A stretch of 61,741 nucleotides of DNA, the filler included, from Sphacelaria rigidula (Eukaryota), in the NCBI GenBank assembly GCA_964200075.2. It is 9 parts of 9 records of this genome, joined end to end, with 100 filler letters (N's around TTAATTAATTAA, not from the genome) between each part and the next. Parts side by side here need not be neighbours in the genome. Positions count along the whole stretch, not along the records: positions 34,360 to 41,130 come from CAXNAA020018161.1; positions 41,231 to 48,001 come from CAXNAA020018162.1; 7 more parts are not named here. One strand, given 5' to 3'. Positions 36,547 to 48,101 of this stretch are shown in pieces. The position numbers and the translations under genes are program-made. The notes below the pieces were generated by a model. The model was not told where the DNA came from. It saw nothing but the letters and a program-made list of their open reading frames with translations, and ran no database searches. The stretch's first letter is position 1; each line of letters starts with the position of its first letter.

Positions 36547-37815
36547 TTGCCAGTAGGGCCCCACCGAGCCCCCACACAGGATGAAGTTACTGAATTATCG
36601 CGTAAAGGCATGCTTTACACGGATGATGATGGCGTTGTTCTTTTAGTTCACCGGCCCCCCACGAACCCTCCTGGAGGGAAATCTACAAGTAGTCACGCCC
36701 GTTTGTTGGGTGATGTCCCCGTACGTATTTATGTTCCGATGCTTCTGCGTCCATGGGTTCTCCATGAATGCCACTCTCAAGCATCCACGCATCTAGGCGT
36801 CGCTAGGACATCTCAGATGCTTCAACGTTTTTTTTTGGTGGATTTGTATGGACCAATGTGTGCGTTGGTGGGTTCGGCGGTGTCTTCTTTGCCAAGCACG
36901 CAAAACTTCACGTCAAACAGTTAGATGGCCGGTAATCTCTATGCCCCTTCCCAATGGGCCTGGTGAAATAGTTTCATGGGACTACTTTGGCCCCCTGCCC
37001 CTCACTGATAGTGGTAACAAGTATATTTTGTTGTGTATGGATCGGTTCAGTCGACATGCTGTGATGAATGCTGTTTCAGAGGCCAATTATAGTGCAGAAG
37101 GGACTGCCAACGTCCTTGTGTACACATACATCCCTCAGTGGAGGGTCCCCAAAGGTTTGTTATCCGATAACGGCCCACATTTTGCCGGCAAACTTTCTGC
37201 CGCGATCAATAATCTCCTGGGTGCCCATCGTATTTTTACTTGTTCATACCATCCGTCCACAAACGGTGGGACCGAACGAGTTAATCACACGATGGCGCAA
37301 ATGCTTGCCACAGTGACCAATGAGCGACAAACGGACTGGGACCTGCACTTCCCCCTCGTCCAAATGAACTACAACAACCCCGTCAATGCCGCCACAGGCT
37401 TGGCTCCCAATGAAGTTATATTGGTCGTATGCCCAGGCTGCCATTGACAGTGTTCGACAGGAAACCCCCTGGTGGTCATCAGAGTTTGGATCAGGATATC
37501 GTGGAGTATCATATGTCTGTTAGTAATCGTCTTCGTCTTGCATATGAGGTGGTACGGGAGCAGAATTTGATTAACGCAGCAAAGGTAGCTAAGGCAAACC
37601 GCGTGTTGGATGATGCAGTGAACAAACGTCCGGTCTACAAAGTAGGTGACTGGGCATGGGTGTATAACGATGTGAGAACTGTAACCCAAGGTGCGAGCTC
37701 TGCTAAGTCGTCGTCGGGTAAGGTGTTGAAGTCGAAGCTTTGCTTGAATTGGACTGGTCCTTGGAAGATCTTGGCAGTTGGGCCCTGTGATACCGCCCTG
37801 ACGATAAACCAATAG
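36547..37815 (+). pseudogene. Gypsy integrase (HHCC + DDE + GPY/F), frameshifted
   Basis: Motifs HECH...HLGVART, CLLCQARK, WDYFGPLP, SDNGPHF, YHPSTNGGTERVNHT and WTGPWKI, spread over three frames. Confidence 0.92.
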
Positions 37816-38053
37816 GTGAGAAACTTTTGGATTTGGATTTTCCCACGGATGAACCTGGCGTCAAACCCAAAAACCGGGTCTCGATGCTTCGGTGCAAGCC
37901 GTGTCTGCCCCATCACGACACTAGTGACCTGCCCAAGCAATTGCCTATGGGGCTCAGTCAGTATGTGCTAACCAGGTATGCGGCGAAATCCCCCCCGTAC
38001 CACATGAGGGTCGAAGACGCTGACGGTCCTCTTGAACGTGTAGTGGTCGCATC

Positions 38054-38623
38054 TTGGGCCACCAATTAGTTCGAGGTCGAGGCGGTAAAATTGCGGTTGT
38101 GTATCAGACTCACTGGAAAGGCCTCATGCGTGTTACGTGGGAACGGGAGGAGGATTTGCGTCATTTTCGAAGAGAGATACTTTCATACTGGGTCGGAGAT
38201 GTCGTCCAACACCGCCCGTTGAACAAACGATATAGGTCTATGCGAAAAGGCGCAGCAGCTCGTGAACTGGCCCGAAAACACTCGGCACGATTTTTCATTT
38301 CGGGCTATGGTCTGATTTCTCGTTCGCGATACCTGCGCTCTTTTTCGAAGAAACGTTTGCCGGAAGGTGCATATTTTTGGTACAGGGCTATGGATTCGCG
38401 GTGGTGGCTGGGGAAGACTCATTTGATAGATCCTGAGGCGGACGATCCCTACTACATCCGCTTCCTCGATGACCCGGGTCCTCTCAAGATCCGTCTCAAC
38501 GACGATTACTACACCGAGATGCCGACCGCTCGCCGAGGACCTTGGTGCCTACAACGACACGACAAAGGGGTCATCGACACAGCTGTCTTGCGCAACCCCG
38601 ACACGGCGTGGGACACGGAATAA
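38054..38623 (+). pseudogene. Integrase C-terminus: chromodomain plus a Tudor/SH3-like module
   Basis: GHQLVRGRGGKIAVVYQTHWKGLMRVTWEREEDL fits the chromodomain YxxxWxG...TWE pattern. It is followed by GAYFWYRAMDSRWWLGK...YYIRFLDDPGP. Confidence 0.65.
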
Positions 38624-40624
38624 TCTTGATGGCGAATTTGCGTTCCTTCTGATTTTATTCGTGTTCTTTGATATCCCCCCTGATTTTTATTTTATTTTTC
38701 CTTGTCTTGTCGTTGGTGCCGTTTCCTCAAGTACCGTTGCGAGTCGGTTGTCTGCGTTTGTCCCTACCGCCCATCGTAGTCCCCCTGGTCTCGTCGTGTT
38801 TTTTTTGTTGTTTTTTTCTGCTTCCCCTTGCCCTCTCGTGGTCTCGTTTCCCTGAACAACATGTAGCCCGGTTGCCCACGTTTCCCTCGGCAGTACCCAG
38901 TAGCCGCGTATATCGGCGTTCTGTTGTGAACCGTTGCCGCGTATGCCTGTTCCTGCATGCAGCTTTTCTGTTTCTTTTCCTTTTTGTTAGCTCTTGTTTT
39001 TTTTCTTGTTTTTCTTTGTTTTCTATTCTTTTTGTTCTGCCCTGTTTCCCCTTCTTCCTACCTTGCATGGTCCCCTGTTTTCCTTGTTTTTGTCTATGGT
39101 TTTTCCTTTTGTATTCGGAGACGGCCGACGCACCCCGTTGGTATTCTCCAACACGCCCCGAACCAACCCCTTCCCGGGGCACATACCTGGTGTGTGCGAT
39201 TGTCCAACCACGTCCGCCATCAACCTCTCCAACGGACTGGTTCTTTCGGTGTACCCTGTTATTCGTTTCCCCCCTACTCTTTTCTTTGTTTTGTGTGTGT
39301 GTGTTTGTTTTTTGTTTTTTTGGCAGCTTAATACCGTTGGACCCACGTCGGCTTTCGATGACTGTGTGTCCAACAAGCCCTCTCCTTAAGTACCGTCGAA
39401 TATTCTGTGTAATTGCTCGCTGTATCAGGTGTCCCAGGTTCGGGGATATTTCTTTTCTCTTGGATTATGTTCAGTTCCGTTGCTTCAACAGTCCGCCGAA
39501 ACAACAAGAAAAATTCGTTTTGTTTTTCGCAGTGTCGAGGTCGTACATCCGGTTGGCCGCTTCGGAAATCAGTACGGTGGTTCATTTTTGTTGTAGGGTT
39601 ATTGCTGGCGAATTATCGCGTTGATGTGCTCGGCGGGAGTTTATCCTCCCGTTTGTATGCCCACCCTCTCGATTTTCTCGTCTGAACGGGCATGTATCTA
39701 AGAGCGGACCGCATCGGCCCCTCGTTCTGTATACTTGCCGTGGTTCACCACGAACGCATCGGATTACCCGCCGAGTGATGCTACGGTAGGGGTAAAGAAA
39801 TAATTTCTGAGATTGAAATTGTTAGGAGCCCCTGATCTCATCCAAAACACGACTTATAAAAATATGCGAGAATACGCCAAGATTCCTATTCCTATGTGCT
39901 GGGGATATCCCGAATAAATCTGCAAATGGGGATGCCCTGACCTGTATTCTTGTGCGTCTAAAATCGTTAGGAGCCCCTGAACCAGACAAAAGTTCGCGAA
40001 AAAAGTGCACCCCTACCGTAGCATTGCTCCGCCTTGGATTTATCTCCTACGGTTGTGTGTTATTCGTTGACGCTTTGTGGGACGATGTGGGCACCTTTTC
40101 AATTCGATGGGCCGCCCTTCATCGTCACGTTGGTGCATCATGTTTCCTCACGGCTGCATGTTGATTTTGGTTTCCGGTGTCTTTCGCTTAGCGATTTTCT
40201 CTTCCCGCTTGAGCATTCAACACCGTCGCGTTCTACTGATGAACGAAGTGTACGATCGTTTGTGCTTCCCCGGTACTGTGAAACGCCTTGACGGGCTGCT
40301 TAACAAACACTGACAGCGGAACTGGATTTTGTAGCATATGGACTACCGGGCTGTTTGTTTGTTTGTTTCATTGTTTTTTTCGCTGCTTCAGTTTTCCCTT
40401 TTTTATGGCGGATTCGTCCTGGATTCCCGGATATTTCGTAGCTTCTGGCGCTATTTTTTCGACGGGTGCCGATTCTTGCGTTTTTCACCCCCTTCGGATT
40501 TTCTTCACCATATATCGTGTCGCCCTCTTAGTCCCCGTCACAGTACTCCCCCCTCAACGTCTCACATTTTCTTCTTATCATGGTATCTTGTTTTGTTTTT
40601 TGTGTTTTATTTTTTCTGTGGTGT

Positions 40625-41130
40625 GGGGGAATGGAATGTGTGGGTAAAGCAACCTCGTTTCACTGCGTTCTCCTGCGATTGCTTTACCCGTTGGAGGCTA
40701 GTGTGATATGATGTGACTGCAGAACGTAGCCATGATCTTGGGCAAAAGTGACATTGAATGATGGGACGTTTTCATGCTCAATTAGCGGAGAATTCGCTGC
40801 CCCTTGAGGTCGACGTTCTACGGAGAGCATGTATTTGAATTCGAAAAAAGGTAGTGACCCAACCATGGCATGAAGTGACGAGCACGCATTTGGGATTGTA
40901 TGGTATGACTTTAGCGATGTTGATTGAGGGGGCGGCGAAGCGCGTTCAAAATAGTAGCGCCTATGCTCACTCTCTCTTCTCATCCCAGTTTTTGGCTGCG
41001 ATTCACCAGTTTTCCCATTGGAGTATCTACAGACCGCGAGAAAGTGAGTCCCAGAGATAAGAGCTGTGGCGAAATCACGCCGTCACGGTTGAGTATATAG
41101 TGGATCCTGGATGATGACCAGGGGACAAGG
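40625..41130 (+). repeat. Polypurine tract and probable 3' LTR (truncated by contig end)
   Basis: GGGGGAATGGAA (40625-40636) is followed immediately by TGTG at 40637, where the T-rich composition ends. No second LTR is available for confirmation. Confidence 0.6.
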
Positions 41131-41230
41131 NNNNNNNNNNNNNNNNNNNNNNNNNNNNNNNNNNNNNNNNNNNNTTAATTAATTAANNNNNNNNNNNNNN
41201 NNNNNNNNNNNNNNNNNNNNNNNNNNNNNN
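41131..41230. other. Artificial contig spacer
   Basis: N44-TTAATTAATTAA-N44. Confidence 0.97.
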
Positions 41231-42397
41231 GGTGTGGGGAGGCTGGGGGGGTTAGGGTTTCGGGATTTGATTGCACGAAAAAAGAACTCATAAGTGTGTC
41301 AGATGATCTACCACACTTGCGGTGCGCTTGTCTTTGGTTCAAAACGGTGTCAATCGGTATGGATGATGAGCGTTACTCATCTATAACAAGCTCGTTCGAG
41401 TAATCGCTGCTGCTTCCAACGACGATTTCACTTGGAATTTCGTGCAAGAGGGGACCAAAATCCCACACCCTCCCCCCACATCAAGAAATAACATCATAAA
41501 AAGACTGCACCCAGCACTAACATTAGTGATCAATTTAAAANNNNNNNNNNCTTCGCTCTCAAACCCCCATTCTACTTTAAAATTCGTGCTAGGGGGGACA
41601 AAAATCCCCCCCCCCCCCCCCTATCGTAGATGATGACTCACAAATCTAGTCCCCACTATCTCATATATCGGAAGTCATCATCACTGTGCGGAGTCCAGTC
41701 ACTAACCTTAATCACGGCCCCATTATAATGCAGCTACAGCGCTTGTAGTTGTGGTACAAGTGTCATGGATTGATCATCCTACTGTATACGACGACTATGA
41801 TCTCCTGCCATGACCGTGGTATTGTCCTCTACGATGAAGTCCGCTAGGACGGTCATCCTGAGACAGTATCTTCAAGGATCGTCACGTCCTCCAGGATATC
41901 ATTTCGATTAATCGGTACACAGTATTCGGAGGTGATCCTATTAATTAAAACCAAATCATCACTCCCCAGTCCCCTGTCAACAAGCCCCTTTTACCGCTGT
42001 ACTGTCTGTGTTGCATCCCTGGAAAACACACAATTCGAAGTACAACGAACCGTAACTTTTCACCCAGCGTTTTACCTCCCTTGAAAAACAGCGCGAGCAC
42101 ATCACATGAACACGCGTGATGGCACATTGATAAGGCCACTATGATACACAGCCCAGTCAAATAAACACCGATATACCCGAGCTTTGTTGTTGAATATGCC
42201 CTCTATTGATGGCCGATAAGGACACAACACGCGCTCGCTATTTCATATACTCTGGGTTTGGGTCTCTACTTGGAAATGTGTCTCGGCTGCAGGTCTGAAC
42301 ACAGCACAAAACTAGTGTAGTTATGAAAAACAATACCCGTCCTTCCATTCACCATCACCGCTCACCTCCGGCGCTCCAACATCCACAGAGAACAACG

Positions 42398-42766
42398 ATG
42401 GCTGGACGTTCATCGAGAAGGAAAGGCGGAGGTAATGAACGTATCCAAGCTCTAGTCCAAGAAAAACTAGACGAAGGCCTACAGTACGAAGCCCTGCAGC
42501 TGTATCGAGGCGTCGTGTCTCGCAAGTCAGCACGAGGTGATCACGATGGTGCGATTGCGGTCGCGGAAAAGGGCATAAGCTGCCTGTTGACGGCCAAGGG
42601 CAAGGGTGCGGGCGGCGGGGAGGAGGGGTGTTTTGCGGATTCGGCTACGGAGTTGGGAAACGTACTGGTTGGGATACTGAATGATAATGAGCTTGCGGTG
42701 ACCGAGGAGCGGGTGGAAGTTATCAAGAGGGTGAACTCCTGCTTTCAGGTCGCGAAAACGAAGCAG
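42398..42766 (+). CDS. GET4: GET4/TRC35-like protein (tail-anchored protein targeting), exon 1
   Basis: ATG at 42398. EKLDEGLQYEALQLYRGVVSR...GAIAVAEKGISCLL...SATELGNVLV matches the GET4 N-terminal pattern (GxxYEAxQxYR, GaxxLL, SaxdLxxxLv). Donor CAG|GTAC at 42767. Confidence 0.75.
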
Positions 42767-45349
42767 GTACAGTAGATACAAACAGTATAATCAATATACA
42801 TGAGTGTGATGAGGTCGGGACGGCGCCGGGGAGAGGGGGAGGGGGGGGTGATATCATTGGCCTCCGTGTGTGTTCATGTGCTGTTCAATTGCGCGAGAAG
42901 TATGCTGTACTTCCTGTGTCATAATGGATCCGTTTCTCGACAACGAGGCAATACTGTGGAGTAAAGTACGGTGCAAAGAGTAGTCTACACGTACAACAGT
43001 CGCAGGTGGAAATAGACTTGTAAAGGATTTTGACATCGATGATGAAGGATAACACCCCCTCTGCACGCTACCCGGGTGTTACATGCACGATTTCATAGTC
43101 GATTTACTCGAGAACGCAAGCCTCGACCAATGCTTCGACTGGTGGATCGTATTATTTTTCAACGTCCCCAGGAAAAAGTACACGCTATGGATGTGATGAA
43201 GTCTATGAAGGGCGTAATCAGCACGTGATGGCTCACATCTTCACAGTTCCGCAGACGCTACATGTGCTTCCTCCAAGGACTGCCACCCGCTACGCTTGAA
43301 CGCACATGCACAGCGCACAAACTGGGGATCCATATTTTTCCGTAGCTGGCGTAGCAGATGCACTCATTTTACAAACCTGAGAATTGTTTCCCATGATGGC
43401 TCCCAGAAACGCACTAACGCTGCACAAATGCCCCCCTTCTAACGCTGGTGCACTCACTACCACGGAGCACACGGACATAGCTTGCCGGCAGCCGTAGTTT
43501 TAACCCAGCGTGATCCCCGTAGCCTCACAAACATGCAATATTCGCTAGCCACGGTTGCCTTTACACCAGCCAGTTAGTCCGCGGGGAGAGCTGTCTGGAT
43601 TTGGGGGGGCTGGTCGCTTTCTGTCTCGCCATACACCCCAGGTAAAATAGTCTTGAGTCGGTCCTGTGCGAGTAGAGATATGGACGACGGTGTGAGCAGG
43701 TGTGCCGTGCATGGGAGATACGTCCAGGATGCACACAATAATGGCAACACACAAATAGAATTTTGCCGCACAAAGATTTCACTCGCGAATCAGGTTCTCT
43801 AGGCCTCGTGCTAACCCTTGCTTCGCGTATTCTTGGTCTCTTGTGTACGTGAGTCAGCTATCACGGCGTTTTGGTACCTGTGTGATGCATGCACTGCAAT
43901 CATAATTCTCACGGTCCGATACGCTTGCTTGGTGCTGTGGAATAGTACCCCCGTAAAAGTTGGGGTCAGGCCTGCAGCTTCCAGCCCCCAAGCCCGAGAT
44001 TCAGTGGTCGACATTCAAGTACTGAATTATGTTGAATATTGTCGTGGACTACAGTACATTGCACACGTCGGACAGCTCATGAACTACCTAAAACAACAAA
44101 TCGAAGAGGACTCTCGGATCCGTTGTCCAAAAAGCACAAAACACGTGACAGCGGGGTCCGAGAAGCCCAAGCCCTACCCCTGCGCTACTCCGCGTGCTCG
44201 ACGTCGGGTGCTGTTAGGAGCAAACATGGAAAAAGGGGACCAAATGAGCTAGGTCGTGATCCGGATCAGTATACCAAATAGAAGTAATACTAAGGTAACA
44301 GATGAGCTGTCCAACGTGTGCTATATTTCACTAACACTGGAGAGTTCTAGATTCCGTAGACGCTGGTGGAAGAAGCTGTCCCTCCGCACGAGAGAAATCC
44401 CAACCTTGTGTTGTCGGGGTAGCACAGGGTCAAGAAACGTGTCGTGAAGAGGGCGGGGTTTTACATACTACCCGCAGTTGGTCCAAAATACGATTTTTCG
44501 GCTGTAGCGCAATGAACAGCTAGAAATCACAAGAAGCGAGCCATAGGATTGTTCACCATACAGGTCGGCATCGGTATAATTGAGCTAAAATATCAAAGAT
44601 CCAGAACCTGGGGCTGTGTTCTCGTAGGACATAGATGGCGTCTTCAGTATTTCATGCCATCTTCCTTCACATATCCACGATATTTGGGAAAATCTACTCT
44701 CATTCACTAACTTAAGTCCTCATCGATGACTGTGCAGCTCCGCGGCCCATTGCCCTTGCTGAGACTTGGTCACTCTTAGAGGTAGGATCGTCCCGTCGAT
44801 TTGATTCAGGCGTTCAGGATATTCGTGTTGAGGTGTGCAAGATCACAGCATTGCAGCACCACTGGGGGATGACAAATAAATGGGATACAATATTGAACAT
44901 AACCATCTTCTGCTGACTTTCGATCTTTATTCAATAGATATGACCTTTGTATGGATCCTCATCTCTTGAGAAGCCATCTATGCGTAGGACCCCCGACGAC
45001 GTGTTAGCCGGTGACTTGTTTTGATCCTGAAAACGATTCCCTTCTGGAATAGGTCGGTTTTGATATCTCACGATCGCCCATTCTCGGGATTAAGCGTCCG
45101 TCGACCTGGATAATTCTTGTCGACCGGAAAATCCTGGGAAACTTGTTCTCAATCCGATATATTATTTTATATGCGTGTTGACCACTGGATTTCATCATCA
45201 TTTATCAGAATGCGCAAATGTTCATCAGCACTACCTCGTTCATAAATGATCTCACTGCGATATCTTGGGCACAGCGGAACAGTTCGGGGCGGCCCGTGGT
45301 TACGAGACTATCTAAGGTGCGAAGACTCAAAGACTCGTCGTCTGAGATG

Positions 45350-45443
45350 TTTTTTCCAAGGTTGTGTCTTATCGGATATACCGACTAAAAATCGGATACT
45401 TGGATAAGTATTAACGATATGTTTTATCGGTAAATACCCTTCC
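45350..45443. repeat. Dispersed repeat with an inverted relative at about 55396-55498
   Basis: TATACCGaCTAAAAATCGGATA...TTATCGGTAAAT..CCTTCC matches the reverse complement of 55396-55498 on another contig. Confidence 0.65.
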
Positions 45444-46768
45444 AAATCAGAGATGGGTTGATCCCTTGAGACCGCGGACTCATCCCGAGGAAGGGGAGCG
45501 ATTCAAAGTGCAATAAATAGAAAATAAAAATATGTAAGAATAATAAAATCATGACGGATTGTCTGGAACAGGGCTTGATACCCTGCCGGATCATACCGGG
45601 ATGTTCGGTACATAATCCGGTATTGCTTGGTATGCCAACCGAGAACTCCCCACTTCCGGGCATTCTCTACCAAACAAAACCTTGGTTGTTTCATGCTCCT
45701 GTCACTCTACCCAGAATTGCAACCTTGAGCATATACGCTGTACGGTCATGTTGACCGCCTCATGTGCATATTTACTACAATTGTGCCCACTCCTGAAGAG
45801 GCTGCCGCGCCACGCAAGCGCAGCTTCAAGTACACGATAAAGACACTACCGAACCGCGTACCGAGGGTTGGGAAACGCGAACTCGAAAGTTGCACGCAAA
45901 CGGATGCAGCAGCGGGGTAACGGGAACTGTTTCCACGACAAGAGGGCCGTAACGCCGGCCCCGCGAAACAGTTGCTGTATTGTTGTGTTCGTGAACACCT
46001 GGATGATGACAGGAGATTCCGTTGACAAAAGGTGTACTGCGGACACCATCGACTATTACGTCCACTGCAAAAAAACGAATAGATCCCATACTGTACGCAG
46101 TACAGATGCGGGCGTGACCCGACTGTGTATGTTTAGCTCATTGCCGACCATCGGTTGTGGAAGTAGGTTTCGATCATGAAGCAATGGGTGTGTTCTTTTC
46201 CTTCACTTCGCGCTCTAATATTGCGCACGCGGACAAGAAAACCTCGGCTGATTTAGTGGCGAAGCGTCACGAGGCATGATACAAGATCGTGCAATATCAA
46301 GCATGCTCACCAGTTACAGGCTTAATGGTTCGTGCATGCAGTAGAGGGGCCCCGCGTGAAGGCTGACCATTTCAAACCGCGAGCACTTCCACAGCTGGTA
46401 GTTTTGGGGGCCCGACTCGAGTATCCAGCACTGTATAATGTCCCCTATATGGACCGGGTTGCGATAGGTTGATCCCTTGCGGGTATGGACAGTCGATATA
46501 CTCAGTGTAAGAGGACGATCAGCCCGTCAGGCCAGTGTGCTTGGCGGGCATATACAGCCTTGAAAGTCGCTCCCCGCCCCCACTGCACTTTCACAAAAGG
46601 TTATATAAAAAGTCAAATCCGCTCGTAATTACTGTACCGTGCCGGAAATAAATGTGCTTGCTTTTCCATCACCTGAGGGAAAGTATATATAACCACCGTA
46701 TATGCAGGACTTTTCCCTTTCGGTACGTTCCACAGTTCAAAACAAATGATGATGAAATGTGCGAATAG

Positions 46769-46882
46769 GTGCTTGCCGAAGAGGATCGGCGAGCTGCTGC
46801 CCAAGAGAGCGAGTCGTCACCAAATGGGGACTTGGAGAATGACAAACCGGCGAGAGGCACGCATTCTATCGGGACGCTGCAG
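46769..46882 (+). CDS. Probable exon 2 of the GET4-like gene
   Basis: tag|GTG...CAG|gtac, 114 bp, phase 0 at both ends, matching exon 1. It encodes VLAEEDRRAAAQESESSPNGDLENDKPARGTHSIGTLQ, which has no diagnostic motif. Confidence 0.45.
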
Positions 46883-48001
46883 GTACCGTGTGCCATGTAA
46901 AGAGATCAGACTTGTTTAAGAAGATGCTTCATTGTGCTACTGCATGTAGAACATGACATAAAAAGGCCATGCCAACAAACTCCCAGGTACTTTTGTTGCG
47001 TCCTTTAGGCCGCGAACGGGTTAGAGGTTAGAGGATGGGGTGATGCCGCTCACCTGCCGTTTCGACGGTGCGCATTCGTCCGCACTGGTTCCTTTTTGCG
47101 AATGTACAGCATGTGTGGACTATTTGGTGTTATCGCATCCTTGTGCCGCTTTATCACCTTGATAGTAGTATTGTTAATGGTAGTGGGTAGCATTTGTTGC
47201 TGTTGATGATTCACGAACAACGTTGGTTTTTATTTGTCAAGTCTTCGATTCTGACCGAAAACATTATGCAGACATGTCTGTGAGCAAAATTGCCATTCTT
47301 GTGCTGTATACATATATACATTAAAGATGTGCATCAAACGATTAAAAGGAGAACCTTGACTACTTCCTTTTGAATTAGGACATCATCTGTTGTTGTCGTA
47401 GACCTCAAGGAAACGAAGCTTGTCCGGTGCCTGAAGTTATTTCCTTCCCCATCCCCCCTCCCCTCACCAAATATGAAGCAAAATATGAAGCAAAACTCAC
47501 TGAAGGCTGTCATCCATGTGCAGGATAGTCAGTACCCTTCGGGCCGAACAATCGCAGTAGGATGCAGCCCACCCTTCATGCGACTCGCCGAACACATCAC
47601 GGCGCTTCGCGCTGTGATTTGCGAGCCAGGTCCGGCGAACACCCTGCGTGCGCCGGCCCCAGCTTTGTAGGGATGCGAGGTCATTTGACTACGGCATGCA
47701 AGATCACGAGAACACCCGTCCCCCGTCCCCTCACCTCGCCTATTGCCCTCAAAACATTATTAGGCACGTTTCCTGAAGCCAGCCATAGAGTGGACAGCTG
47801 CACGCGGGACTCGCATTAACGGGGACCCCGGCCTCTGCGCTCTCATGGGACGATGCCTGTGGAATGAAGGAGACACGGAGCGCGGAACCAAGTACCTCGT
47901 GTTCGGCGAGCGTCCGCAGGAACTTTGCGATCTTATTGTGCAAGATATGCCGGCGGGTCGGGCTAGGTGAGAGTGAGGGAGGCGGGGGGGGGGGGGGGGG
48001 G

Positions 48002-48101
48002 NNNNNNNNNNNNNNNNNNNNNNNNNNNNNNNNNNNNNNNNNNNNTTAATTAATTAANNNNNNNNNNNNNNNNNNNNNNNNNNNNNNNNNNNNNNNNNNN
48101 N
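48002..48101. other. Artificial contig spacer
   Basis: N44-TTAATTAATTAA-N44. Confidence 0.97.

Larger units (their letters stand above)
34360..41130 (+). mobile_element. Ty3/gypsy LTR retrotransposon (chromovirus-like), decayed, 5' part missing
   Basis: RT precedes integrase, followed by a chromodomain, a long T-rich 3' region, a polypurine tract and a TG-initiated 3' LTR. The element fills the whole contig. Confidence 0.92.

Noticed and set aside
38668-39624. 318-aa Phe/Cys/Leu-rich ORF as an env-like membrane protein
   Set aside because: The composition is explained by T-rich low-complexity DNA, which is naturally poor in stops. No signal peptide or fusion-protein motifs are recognisable.
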